Part shown: piece after piece, positions 8,172 through 13,816 of the stretch
Layout: each line of letters opens with the position of its first letter
Numbering within the stretch: position 1 is the first letter of the stretch
From: a virus
Taxonomy: Duplodnaviria > Caudoviricetes
Virus record (IMG/VR): IMGVR_UViG_3300043410_000417
Span: 1 to 61,976 of that record
Direction: 5' to 3' (one strand)
DNA length: 61,976 nucleotides
Program-made: the position numbers and the translations under genes
The notes under the pieces: generated by a model
The model's input: only the letters and a program-made list of their open reading frames with translations
What the model was told of the DNA's origin: nothing
Databases searched by the model: none

Positions 8172-8285
8172 CAACAGGTTACTTCTTTCGTTTGCTCTAC
8201 CAGATGAGCTAATCTCGCGATGCGCGAAATGTTGGGATCGAACCAACTACATAACGTTGAGTTATGATTTGCTGTAAGTAACCTA
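8172..8285 (-). ncRNA. CAGCAA-handle RNA 3 (circularly permuted tRNA body)
   Basis: AGGUUAC-UUACAGCAA, T-arm GUUGG-UUCGAUC-CCAAC, capped acceptor AUUUCGCG-CAU-CGCGAGAU, D-arm GCUC-AUCUGGUA-GAGC, GUAACCU-GUUG. Confidence 0.75.
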
Positions 8286-8289
8286 AAAC

Positions 8290-8375
8290 TGGTGGATGTG
8301 GTAGGGATCGAACCTACCTGACCCGAAGGTCCATGGGGTTACAGCCCACTAGAACGCCATTGTTCCATCACATCC
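8290..8375 (-). tRNA. tRNA-Tyr(GTA), atypical long D-stem
   Basis: Loop CTGTAAC, long variable arm, D-stem TGGAAC/GTTCTA, CCA. Confidence 0.75.
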
Positions 8376-8381
8376 ATATCT

Positions 8382-8473
8382 TGGCGGAGAGCAGAGGAGT
8401 CGAACCCCATCCCATTTCTGAGAACCGTGTTTTCAAGGCACGTCGCAGGACCAACCCCGCTGCATTACTCTCC
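8382..8473 (-). tRNA. tRNA-Ser(TGA), possible 8/4 fold
   Basis: Loop CTTGAAA, long variable arm, acceptor GGAGAGTA/TGCTCTCC, CCA. Confidence 0.8.
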
Positions 8474-8483
8474 ATTATTCTTT

Positions 8484-8559
8484 TGGTGCTCACGTCGAGC
8501 CTCGAACTCGATCCTCTGCGTTACTAGGGCAGCATACCACCAACTAATACTTCGCGAGC
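8484..8559 (-). tRNA. tRNA-Thr(AGT), second divergent copy
   Basis: Arm CTGCC-CTAGTAA-CGCAG, G1-C72/C2-G71, CCA. Confidence 0.8.
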
Positions 8560-8563
8560 AATT

Positions 8564-8639
8564 TGGTACCCCTGGAGAGAATCGAACTCCCGTCTCAGCG
8601 TTCGTAGCACCGTATTCTTATCCGTTGAACTACAGGGGC
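8564..8639 (-). tRNA. tRNA-Arg(ACG)
   Basis: Cloverleaf, loop CTACGAA, CCA. Confidence 0.9.
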
Positions 8640-8645
8640 ATTATA

Positions 8646-8748
8646 CAACAGGTTAGTTGTTTTGCATGGGGAATTGAACCCCAACGGTTTTCGTAGAAAG
8701 AAAATTGCCGACCATCGGCGTTGCGTTGTTTTTGCTGTAACTAACCTA
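8646..8748 (-). ncRNA. CAGCAA-handle RNA 4 (D, anticodon and T arms without a real acceptor end)
   Basis: AGGUUAG-UUACAGCAA, GCCG-AUGGU-CGGC, UUUUC-UUUCUAC-GAAAA, UGGGG-UUCAAUU-CCCCA, CUAACCU-GUUG. Confidence 0.7.
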
Positions 8749-8752
8749 AAAC

Positions 8753-8826
8753 TGGTGCGGGTGGAGAGAATCGAACTCTCAACTAAACGTTGGCAACGTC
8801 TGATTTTACCATTAAACTACACACGC
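8753..8826 (-). tRNA. tRNA-Gly(GCC)
   Basis: Cloverleaf, loop TTGCCAA, CCA. Confidence 0.88.
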
Positions 8827-8831
8827 ATATT

Positions 8832-8906
8832 TGGTGGATGGTACAAGGTTCGAACTTGTGACCTTCTCCATGTCACGGAGATATTCTACCGCTGAAATAA
8901 CCATCC
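8832..8906 (-). tRNA. tRNA-Val(GAC)
   Basis: Cloverleaf, loop GTGACAT, CCA. Confidence 0.88.
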
Positions 8907-8914
8907 ATTAAACT

Positions 8915-8988
8915 TGGTACCTCGTGACAGAATCGAACTGCCGTAACCGCCGTGTAAAGACGGAGTTCTACCATTGAACTAACGAGGC
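8915..8988 (-). tRNA. tRNA-Val(TAC)
   Basis: Cloverleaf, loop TTTACAC, CCA. Confidence 0.9.
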
Positions 8989-8996
8989 ATAAAACT

Positions 8997-9125
8997 TGGT
9001 GGAGTCGGCGGGATTCGAACCACGCACAAGAACTTTTACAGAGTTAGAGCTATAGTGTTGCTGGAACAATTCTTCAGACAGAATTGGTTTTTTGCTATGC
9101 TATGCTACCATTACATCACGACTCC
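8997..9125 (-). ncRNA. tRNA-like RNA (GTA loop) with an internal permuted CAGCAA handle (RNA 5)
   Basis: Acceptor GGAGUCG/CGACUCC-ACCA, T-loop UUCGAAU, AACU-CUGUAAA-AGUU, plus ~50-nt insert containing CAAUUCU-GUCUGA-AGAAUUG-UUCCAGCAA. Confidence 0.7.
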
Positions 9126-9128
9126 AAA

Positions 9129-9254
9129 TTTTAATGAAACATACTCTCGACGTCAGGGGTCTTTTCATCGCGCTGGCTAGGCATGCTTCGCTACCGTGCT
9201 CAGATTAGCGGTCTGAACGTCACAGTAACCAATGATGAATATGCTTCATTAAAA
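9129..9254 (-). ncRNA. candidate ~125-nt ncRNA closed by a long terminal stem
   Basis: TTTTAATGAAACATACTC / GAATATGCTTCATTAAAA terminal inverted repeat with GC-richer interior. Confidence 0.5.
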
Positions 9255-9301
9255 TGACTTACTACTTGTCTCATTATACGCCATAAGTCAAGGCGAGGCT
9301 C

Positions 9302-9377
9302 TGGCACCGTAGACGGGAATCAAACCCGCCGCATTCCGATAGACAGTCGGTTATCACCATCAGGTGGACTCTACGGT
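9302..9377 (-). tRNA. tRNA-Asp(GTC)
   Basis: Loop CTGTCTA, G73, atypical D-arm, CCA. Confidence 0.78.
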
Positions 9378-9383
9378 ATAAAT

Positions 9384-9462
9384 TGGCTCCGTGTATGAGA
9401 ATCGAACTCATCTAACCATTGATTAACAGTCAAGCCCCTGCACCTTGCTTGGGTTTCACGGA
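9384..9462 (-). tRNA. tRNA-Asn(GTT)
   Basis: Loop CTGTTAA, atypical D-arm, CCA. Confidence 0.8.
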
Positions 9463-9564
9463 ATAAAATTCTGAGTCGCATTTGATTACACGGTTGATAC
9501 GCCCTTCCGTGATGTTACGGTTACACACTTACCTGCAGGACGCATGTGCAACTATCTTACATTA

Positions 9565-9639
9565 TGGTGGAAGCCGAGGAAATCGAATCCTTCTAGACAG
9601 CGACCTTGCAAGGGTCACCCGTAGCCCACTACTGCCCCC
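9565..9639 (-). tRNA. tRNA-Ala(TGC), reduced D-arm
   Basis: Loop CTTGCAA, G3-U70, very small D-loop, CCA. Confidence 0.7.
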
Positions 9640-9645
9640 ATTATA

Positions 9646-9713
9646 CAACAGAATCGTTTTTTGCGTTTTTCAATTACAAGTTGAATGCATTTTTGTTTGC
9701 TGAACCGATTCTA
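9646..9713 (-). ncRNA. CAGCAA-handle RNA 6 (isolated Thr UGU anticodon arm)
   Basis: AGAAUCG-GUUCAGCAA...UUCAA-CUUGUAA-UUGAA...CGAUUCU-GUUG. Confidence 0.65.
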
Positions 9714-9719
9714 AAACTT

Positions 9720-9795
9720 TGGTCTCCCTAGAGGGATTTGAACCCCCACCACATGACCCCAAATCACGGACGCTCCCAGATTACGCCATAGAGAG
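9720..9795 (-). tRNA. tRNA-Pro(TGG)
   Basis: Cloverleaf, loop TTTGGGG, CCA. Confidence 0.87.
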
Positions 9796-9802
9796 ATAAA
9801 AG

Positions 9803-9876
9803 TGGCATCCCGCTAGGGACTCGAACCCCAACCAACGGTTTTGGAGACCGCTATGCTGCCATTACACCAGCGAGAT
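9803..9876 (-). tRNA. tRNA-Trp(CCA)
   Basis: Cloverleaf, loop CTCCAAA, G73, CCA. Confidence 0.9.
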
Positions 9877-9883
9877 ATAAACT

Positions 9884-9958
9884 TGGTATTGCGTACGGGG
9901 ATCGAACCCGCCTACATAGGTTGAAAGCCTATTGACCTCACCAAAAGTCGAACGCAAT
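9884..9958 (-). tRNA. tRNA-Glu(TTC)
   Basis: Cloverleaf, loop CTTTCAA, CCA. Confidence 0.87.
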
Positions 9959-9964
9959 ATAAAA

Positions 9965-10032
9965 CAACAGGAAGGTTTTTGTCGCTAGACAACCAAAAAG
10001 TTTAGCTAATTGAATTTGCTGAACCCTTCCTA
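9965..10032 (-). ncRNA. CAGCAA-handle RNA 7
   Basis: AGGAAGG-GUUCAGCAA...CCUUCCU-GUUG; interior hairpin ambiguous. Confidence 0.6.
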
Positions 10033-10036
10033 AAAA

Positions 10037-10111
10037 TGGTTCCCACGAAAGGAATCGAACCTTAGATCTATCGGTTATCAGCCGATTGCTTGACCATTAA
10101 GCTACATGGGA
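10037..10111 (-). tRNA. tRNA-Ile(GAT)
   Basis: Cloverleaf, loop CTGATAA, CCA. Confidence 0.88.
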
Positions 10112-10119
10112 ATAAATTC

Positions 10120-10195
10120 TGGTGCCGAAGACTGGAGTCGAACCAGTGACACATGGATTTTCAATCCACTGCTCTACCACCTGAGCTACATCGGC
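10120..10195 (-). tRNA. tRNA-Phe(GAA)
   Basis: Cloverleaf, loop TTGAAAA, CCA. Confidence 0.93.
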
Positions 10196-10208
10196 ATACA
10201 ATTTTCTT

Positions 10209-10283
10209 TGGGGAGTCATACGAGAATCGAACTCGTGATAACGGAATCACAACCCGTGGTTTTGCCACTAAACTAATGACTCC
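10209..10283 (-). tRNA. tRNA-His(GTG)
   Basis: Loop TTGTGAT, G-1/C73 pair, CCA. Confidence 0.88.
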
Positions 10284-10294
10284 CCAAAGAAAAC

Positions 10295-10369
10295 TGGTAG
10301 GGGCACAGAGAATCGAACTCTGATTAACTGGTTAAAAGCCAGCTACTTTAGCCGTTAAGTTATACCCCC
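10295..10369 (-). tRNA. tRNA-Lys(TTT)
   Basis: Cloverleaf, loop CTTTTAA, CCA. Confidence 0.9.
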
Positions 10370-10372
10370 ATA

Positions 10373-10448
10373 TGGTCCACCCTCTGGGATTCGAACCCAG
10401 ACCTCATAGATTAAGAGTCTAGAATGCTGCCAATAACACCTAGAGTGG
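10373..10448 (-). tRNA. tRNA-Lys(CTT)
   Basis: Cloverleaf, loop CTCTTAA, CCA. Confidence 0.87.
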
Positions 10449-10558
10449 TTGTACGTATTATTTTGATTTTACGTGCCAACTCAGACCATACGGGGGATCT
10501 GAGCGACACTAACGTTTAGCACGTTTCATATCGTCCTCTCTTTTCAAAAATGTTGTTA

Positions 10559-10667
10559 CCAAACAAAAACACATTACGCCATGCGAGCCCATCTGCATGC
10601 TTAGGCTTTTTGTCTTCTCGTTCCAGCTGGCTCTTACGACAGTGGCGTCACGCAATGTGTTTATGTT
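10559..10667 (-). ncRNA. candidate ~110-nt ncRNA closed by a long terminal stem
   Basis: CCAAACAAAAACACATTACG / CGCAATGTGTTTATGTTTGG inverted repeat directly after tRNA-Gln. Confidence 0.45.
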
Positions 10668-10741
10668 TGGCACCCGAGGTAGGAATCGAACCTACAATAA
10701 CAGAGTCAAAGTCTGGTGTGTTACCACTACACTACTCGGGA
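10668..10741 (-). tRNA. tRNA-Gln(TTG)
   Basis: Cloverleaf, loop CTTTGAC, U1-A72, G73, CCA; first tRNA of the array. Confidence 0.9.
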
Positions 10742-10800
10742 ACAAAAGAGTCACTAGCTACCAGCGAACCTTCGCTAGTGACTCATTAAAACTGGTACGC

Positions 10801-10815
10801 AGATTGTTAAAGATC
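10801..10815 (-). promoter_or_regulatory. boxA-like Nus antitermination site
   Basis: GATCTTTAACAATCT versus rrn boxA GCTCTTTAACAA, between promoters and first tRNA. Confidence 0.6.
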
Positions 10816-10854
10816 TGAAGTTGACAGCTAAAGAGCCAATCAACCGAGTCGTTA

Positions 10855-10883
10855 ATTATACATCAATTAAGATTGTAAGTCAA
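10855..10883 (-). promoter_or_regulatory. sigma70-type promoter of tRNA array (proximal)
   Basis: TTGACT-17 nt-TATAAT. Confidence 0.8.
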
Positions 10884-10933
10884 CAACTTTCTTTTCGCAT
10901 CTCAGGAATCGCTTCCCGATCAACTAAGACATA

Positions 10934-10962
10934 ATTCTACATCATGTCAGCGTTACTGTCAA
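10934..10962 (-). promoter_or_regulatory. sigma70-type promoter of tRNA array (middle)
   Basis: TTGACA-17 nt-TAGAAT. Confidence 0.78.
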
Positions 10963-11030
10963 CAACTTTCTGAAAAGACCCTCAACTTTGTAAGGGATTC
11001 TCAGAACCGTCTTCAGTAACAGAGCATTGA

Positions 11031-11058
11031 ATTCTACCACATTCGCGATAAAAGTCAA
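11031..11058 (-). promoter_or_regulatory. sigma70-type promoter of tRNA array (distal)
   Basis: TTGACT-16 nt-TAGAAT. Confidence 0.65.
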
Positions 11059-11064
11059 CACCCT

Positions 11065-11104
11065 AAAACAAAAAACCCTCGAGATTTTCATCTTCGAGGG
11101 TTTT
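11065..11104 (-). terminator. intrinsic terminator of putative attenuator
   Basis: AAAACCCUCGA(A)GAU-GAAA-AUCUCGAGGGUUUU followed by UUGUUUU. Confidence 0.85.
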
Positions 11105-11127
11105 GGTAAGTAAACTAAAGTGTTACT

Positions 11128-11250
11128 TCACTTGCCAAAACCCCCAGTATCCTCAATCGCGTATCCACGGACAAATGATGGGCGTGTGCTTGTCCAGCCG
11201 TTATTCAACGGTAGCTGCTTATGCATTCTGGAACAAACTAAAGATTTCAT
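11128..11250 (-). CDS. 40-aa leader peptide containing all 20 amino acids
   Basis: MKSLVCSRMHKQLPLNNGWTSTRPSFVRGYAIEDTGGFGK*; ATG 7 nt after a -10 box (leaderless); 3' end overlaps antiterminator strand. Confidence 0.75.
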   Translation of the reverse strand: MKSLVCSRMHKQLPLNNGWTSTRPSFVRGYAIEDTGGFGK

Positions 11251-11257
11251 AGATTGA

Positions 11258-11286
11258 ATTCTACAGTAACTTTCGGGTTTCGTCAA
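11258..11286 (-). promoter_or_regulatory. sigma70-type promoter of leader peptide
   Basis: TTGACG-17 nt-TAGAAT. Confidence 0.8.
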
Positions 11287-11397
11287 GCGATTCCCCTACA
11301 ACACGTAGGGTCTTTACACTAGACTCTAGATTTATTTAGGACAAATTTTAGCTCAAAATGAACTTTTTGTCAAGTATTTTCAGAAATTTTTTTGGAG

Positions 11398-11405
11398 TAT
11401 AAATA
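11398..11405 (+). promoter_or_regulatory. T4-type late promoter
   Basis: TATAAATA upstream of AGGAG RBS and ORF at 11423. Confidence 0.7.
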
Positions 11406-11422
11406 CATGGATAGGAGAGCGA

Positions 11423-11995
11423 ATGTACATCTTAGAAATTGTAAACGTCAACACCAAGGAGAACAAGTTCTTCGAGGACACTGACACCTTTGAACGCTAC
11501 AAGGACTTCTACGCAGACTACATCGAGCAATTCGATAACAGATTCGCAAAGGACATCTACAAACAACAGCTGAAGATGCAAGTGAAACGCGATACTCTGG
11601 TAGATGGAACCTTTCGCAAGACCATCAGAAAATCCTTCTTCAAGAACCAGAAGGCTGCAGAACAGTACATCAAAGACTTCGTATCAGAAGGACTTCGTTG
11701 GGACTGGGATGAAACGTTACAAGAGCGAGTCTGGAAACCAGAAGCCAGAGAAGAAGCGAACCTTGCAAGAACCCGTTGGATCATTGAGAACGGTATCATC
11801 TTCGAGTACAACATCCTAGACTCTCAGGGCAACTTCATCAAGTGTATCAATTCCTGCGCTAGAAAAATCTGTATGGTCTTTGGAGAGTGTGATCCAAAGA
11901 ACACCTGTGAGAATCTGTGGCAACAACAGGGATCATTCGTTAAACAAGATGTATCCCTACATCACATCTCAGTATCATCTATAAAGAGGAAGTAA
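11423..11995 (+). CDS. Cys-cluster hypothetical protein, paralog 2
   Basis: AGGAG RBS; CINSCARKICMVFGECDPKNTC...HHISV. Confidence 0.85.
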   Translation: MYILEIVNVNTKENKFFEDTDTFERYKDFYADYIEQFDNRFAKDIYKQQLKMQVKRDTLVDGTFRKTIRKSFFKNQKAAEQYIKDFVSEGLRWDWDETLQERVWKPEAREEANLARTRWIIENGIIFEYNILDSQGNFIKCINSCARKICMVFGECDPKNTCENLWQQQGSFVKQDVSLHHISVSSIKRK

Positions 11996-12576
11996 TGTAC
12001 TTATTCGAAAACATCACAATCAATCGTAGAGAAGATAGATTCTTCGACGAGGTTTCTACATTCCCAGAGGATCTCAGCGAGAAGTTTGTAGAGTTCAGAA
12101 AAGAAGTAGAACTCAAGTGTGAGCGTCACATCTACAATAAACGCATCACAATCACTCAAGAGAAGCTAATGCTTGACGATGGCTCATGGGCACTTAGAAT
12201 GCGCGTTGGCCACTTCAAGTCTATCGAAGGTGTAGAAGAATTCTGGAATACTTTCTTTGACGAGTACAGCCGAGTAGATAACGAACTACATGCGGTCACC
12301 AAGTTCAGAAAAGAATGGTCTAAGGATAACGACTCTCGTTCTCAGTCTAACGTTGTAGACGTCAACGGTAAGTTCGTTAAGACTCTAAACTCTTGTACAC
12401 AGGGTATCTGTTCTAGAAACAGAGACAGCAACGATGGTGGTTGCTGGAAGGATGCTCAGTGCTGGGAACAGCACACAGAAAAGACGTACGAGTCTTTCCA
12501 CCATATCCCAGTCTCGAAGATTATTTCAAAATCCAAATTTTCCCACAAGGTCGGAGAAATTAAGATCGAAAAGTAA
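11995..12576 (+). CDS. Cys-cluster hypothetical protein, paralog 3
   Basis: TAATG coupling to previous gene; NSCTQGIC...GGCWKDAQC...HHIPV. Confidence 0.85.
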   Translation: MYLFENITINRREDRFFDEVSTFPEDLSEKFVEFRKEVELKCERHIYNKRITITQEKLMLDDGSWALRMRVGHFKSIEGVEEFWNTFFDEYSRVDNELHAVTKFRKEWSKDNDSRSQSNVVDVNGKFVKTLNSCTQGICSRNRDSNDGGCWKDAQCWEQHTEKTYESFHHIPVSKIISKSKFSHKVGEIKIEK

Positions 12577-12604
12577 AAAAACCGCCTTTCGGCGGTTTTG
12601 TTTT
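12575..12604. terminator. bidirectional terminator
   Basis: AAAAAAACCGCC-TTTC-GGCGGTTTTGTTTT between convergent genes. Confidence 0.85.
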
Positions 12605-12905
12605 ATACAGAGAAGGAACTTCCACACCCACATGTGGTCTGGGCATTCGGGTTGTTGATCACAAACTGATCACCCATTAGATCTTCCTTATAGTCGAGAG
12701 TTGCTTCCTGCATGTACTGGATGCTCATTGAGTCAACGATCACGTTCTCGAAAGTGAAGTCGTCATCGGCTAAGTCATCGAACGCGAACGAGTAAGAGAA
12801 GCCAGCACAACCACCACCTTGAACAGAGATTCGTAGATACGTCTCTTCGTTCTCTTTCAATAGAGCATCAATCTTATTCTTAGCATTTTCTGTTACTGTA
12901 ATCAT
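12603..12905 (-). CDS. erpA: A-type Fe-S carrier ErpA-like
   Basis: GGGCAGFSY and NPNAQTTCGCGSSFSV. Confidence 0.9.
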   Translation of the reverse strand: MITVTENAKNKIDALLKENEETYLRISVQGGGCAGFSYSFAFDDLADDDFTFENVIVDSMSIQYMQEATLDYKEDLMGDQFVINNPNAQTTCGCGSSFSV

Positions 12906-13228
12906 ACTCGGAAACTTTCTCCGCAACCACAACGGTCGCGTTCATTCGGGTTACTAAATTGGAAGCCTTCGTTAAGACCATTTCTTTCCCAAGAAACAGT
13001 CATACCATCTATGTATGCCAGAGACTTAGCGTCCACTAGAACGACAAGATCTGCATGAGCAAAGTTAGTTACACCAACCTCAGCTTCGTAGGTATCAACA
13101 TATTCTAGAGTATAGGATAGACCGCTACATCCAGTTGTCTTGACTCCAAGACGGATGCCAACACCCTTGCCTCTTTTCTCAAGCAGCTTCTTTATTTTCT
13201 TTTGCGCTTGCTCTGTTACGGTAATCAT
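12902..13228 (-). CDS. iscA: Fe-S cluster assembly protein IscA
   Basis: TTGCSGLSY and NPNERDRCGCGESF. Confidence 0.93.
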   Translation of the reverse strand: MITVTEQAQKKIKKLLEKRGKGVGIRLGVKTTGCSGLSYTLEYVDTYEAEVGVTNFAHADLVVLVDAKSLAYIDGMTVSWERNGLNEGFQFSNPNERDRCGCGESFRV

Positions 13229-13583
13229 TTACAGCTGCCTTAATCGCATCTTCTGCTAGAATGGAACAGTGAATCTTAACTGGAGGAAGTGCTAGTTCTT
13301 CTGCAATCTCAGAGTTCTTAAGTTTCGCAGCATCATCGATGTGCATACCCTTAACCCATTCTGTGACTAAAGAAGAACTAGCGATGGCTGAACCACAACC
13401 ATATGTCTTAAACTTAGCATCTCGGATAATACCGTCACTATCGACTTTGATCTGAAGTTTCATAACGTCACCACATGCTGGTGCCCCCACCATGCCAGTG
13501 CCGATGCCTTCTTCGTCTTTAGAGAAAGAACCCACATTGCGCGGGTTCTCATAGTGATCTACAACTTTATCTGAGTATGCCAT
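13179..13583 (-). CDS. iscU: Fe-S scaffold IscU
   Basis: MAYSDKVVDHYENPRNVG, APACGDVMKLQ, GCGSAIASSS, LPPVKIHCS. Confidence 0.96.
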   Translation of the reverse strand: MAYSDKVVDHYENPRNVGSFSKDEEGIGTGMVGAPACGDVMKLQIKVDSDGIIRDAKFKTYGCGSAIASSSLVTEWVKGMHIDDAAKLKNSEIAEELALPPVKIHCSILAEDAIKAAVNDYRNRASAKENKEAA

Positions 13584-13592
13584 AAGACATAT

Positions 13593-13808
13593 TTATAAAA
13601 CTTCTTTACCCGCAGCGATTCTGTTCCAAGCGCGTTCGTGGAAGTAATAAAGGATACTATTCACAACTAATGCGAAAGAGACAACACCAAGACCAACAGC
13701 CCAAGAGCCTGATGCCAACCAACCACCAACGAAGTTAGTAATCGTCACAAGAATTCTCCAAGTAACAACTTTACCTAGAGAGCGCATCGCTTTTTCATAA
13801 AATTTCAT
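13593..13808 (-). CDS. DUF2061-like small membrane protein
   Basis: RSLGKVVTWR...YYFHERAW pattern. Confidence 0.75.
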   Translation of the reverse strand: MKFYEKAMRSLGKVVTWRILVTITNFVGGWLASGSWAVGLGVVSFALVVNSILYYFHERAWNRIAAGKEVL

Positions 13809-13816
13809 ATATTTCC

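Noticed and set aside
8997-9125. Possible tmRNA or intron-containing tRNA
   Set aside because: No G3-U70 alanine determinant, no tag reading frame, and the insert is far too short for a self-splicing intron.
9255-9300. Pistol/HDV-like ribozyme or promoter (TTGACT...TATAAT) after tRNA-Asp
   Set aside because: Conserved catalytic nucleotides are not recognisable and the hexamer spacing is 7 nt; kept only as an unassigned pseudoknot.
5159-10032. CRISPR array reading of the recurring ACAACAGG...TTGCTG...CCTAAAAC text
   Set aside because: Copies are dispersed, vary in stem sequence and are separated by tRNA genes, not uniform spacers; no cas genes.
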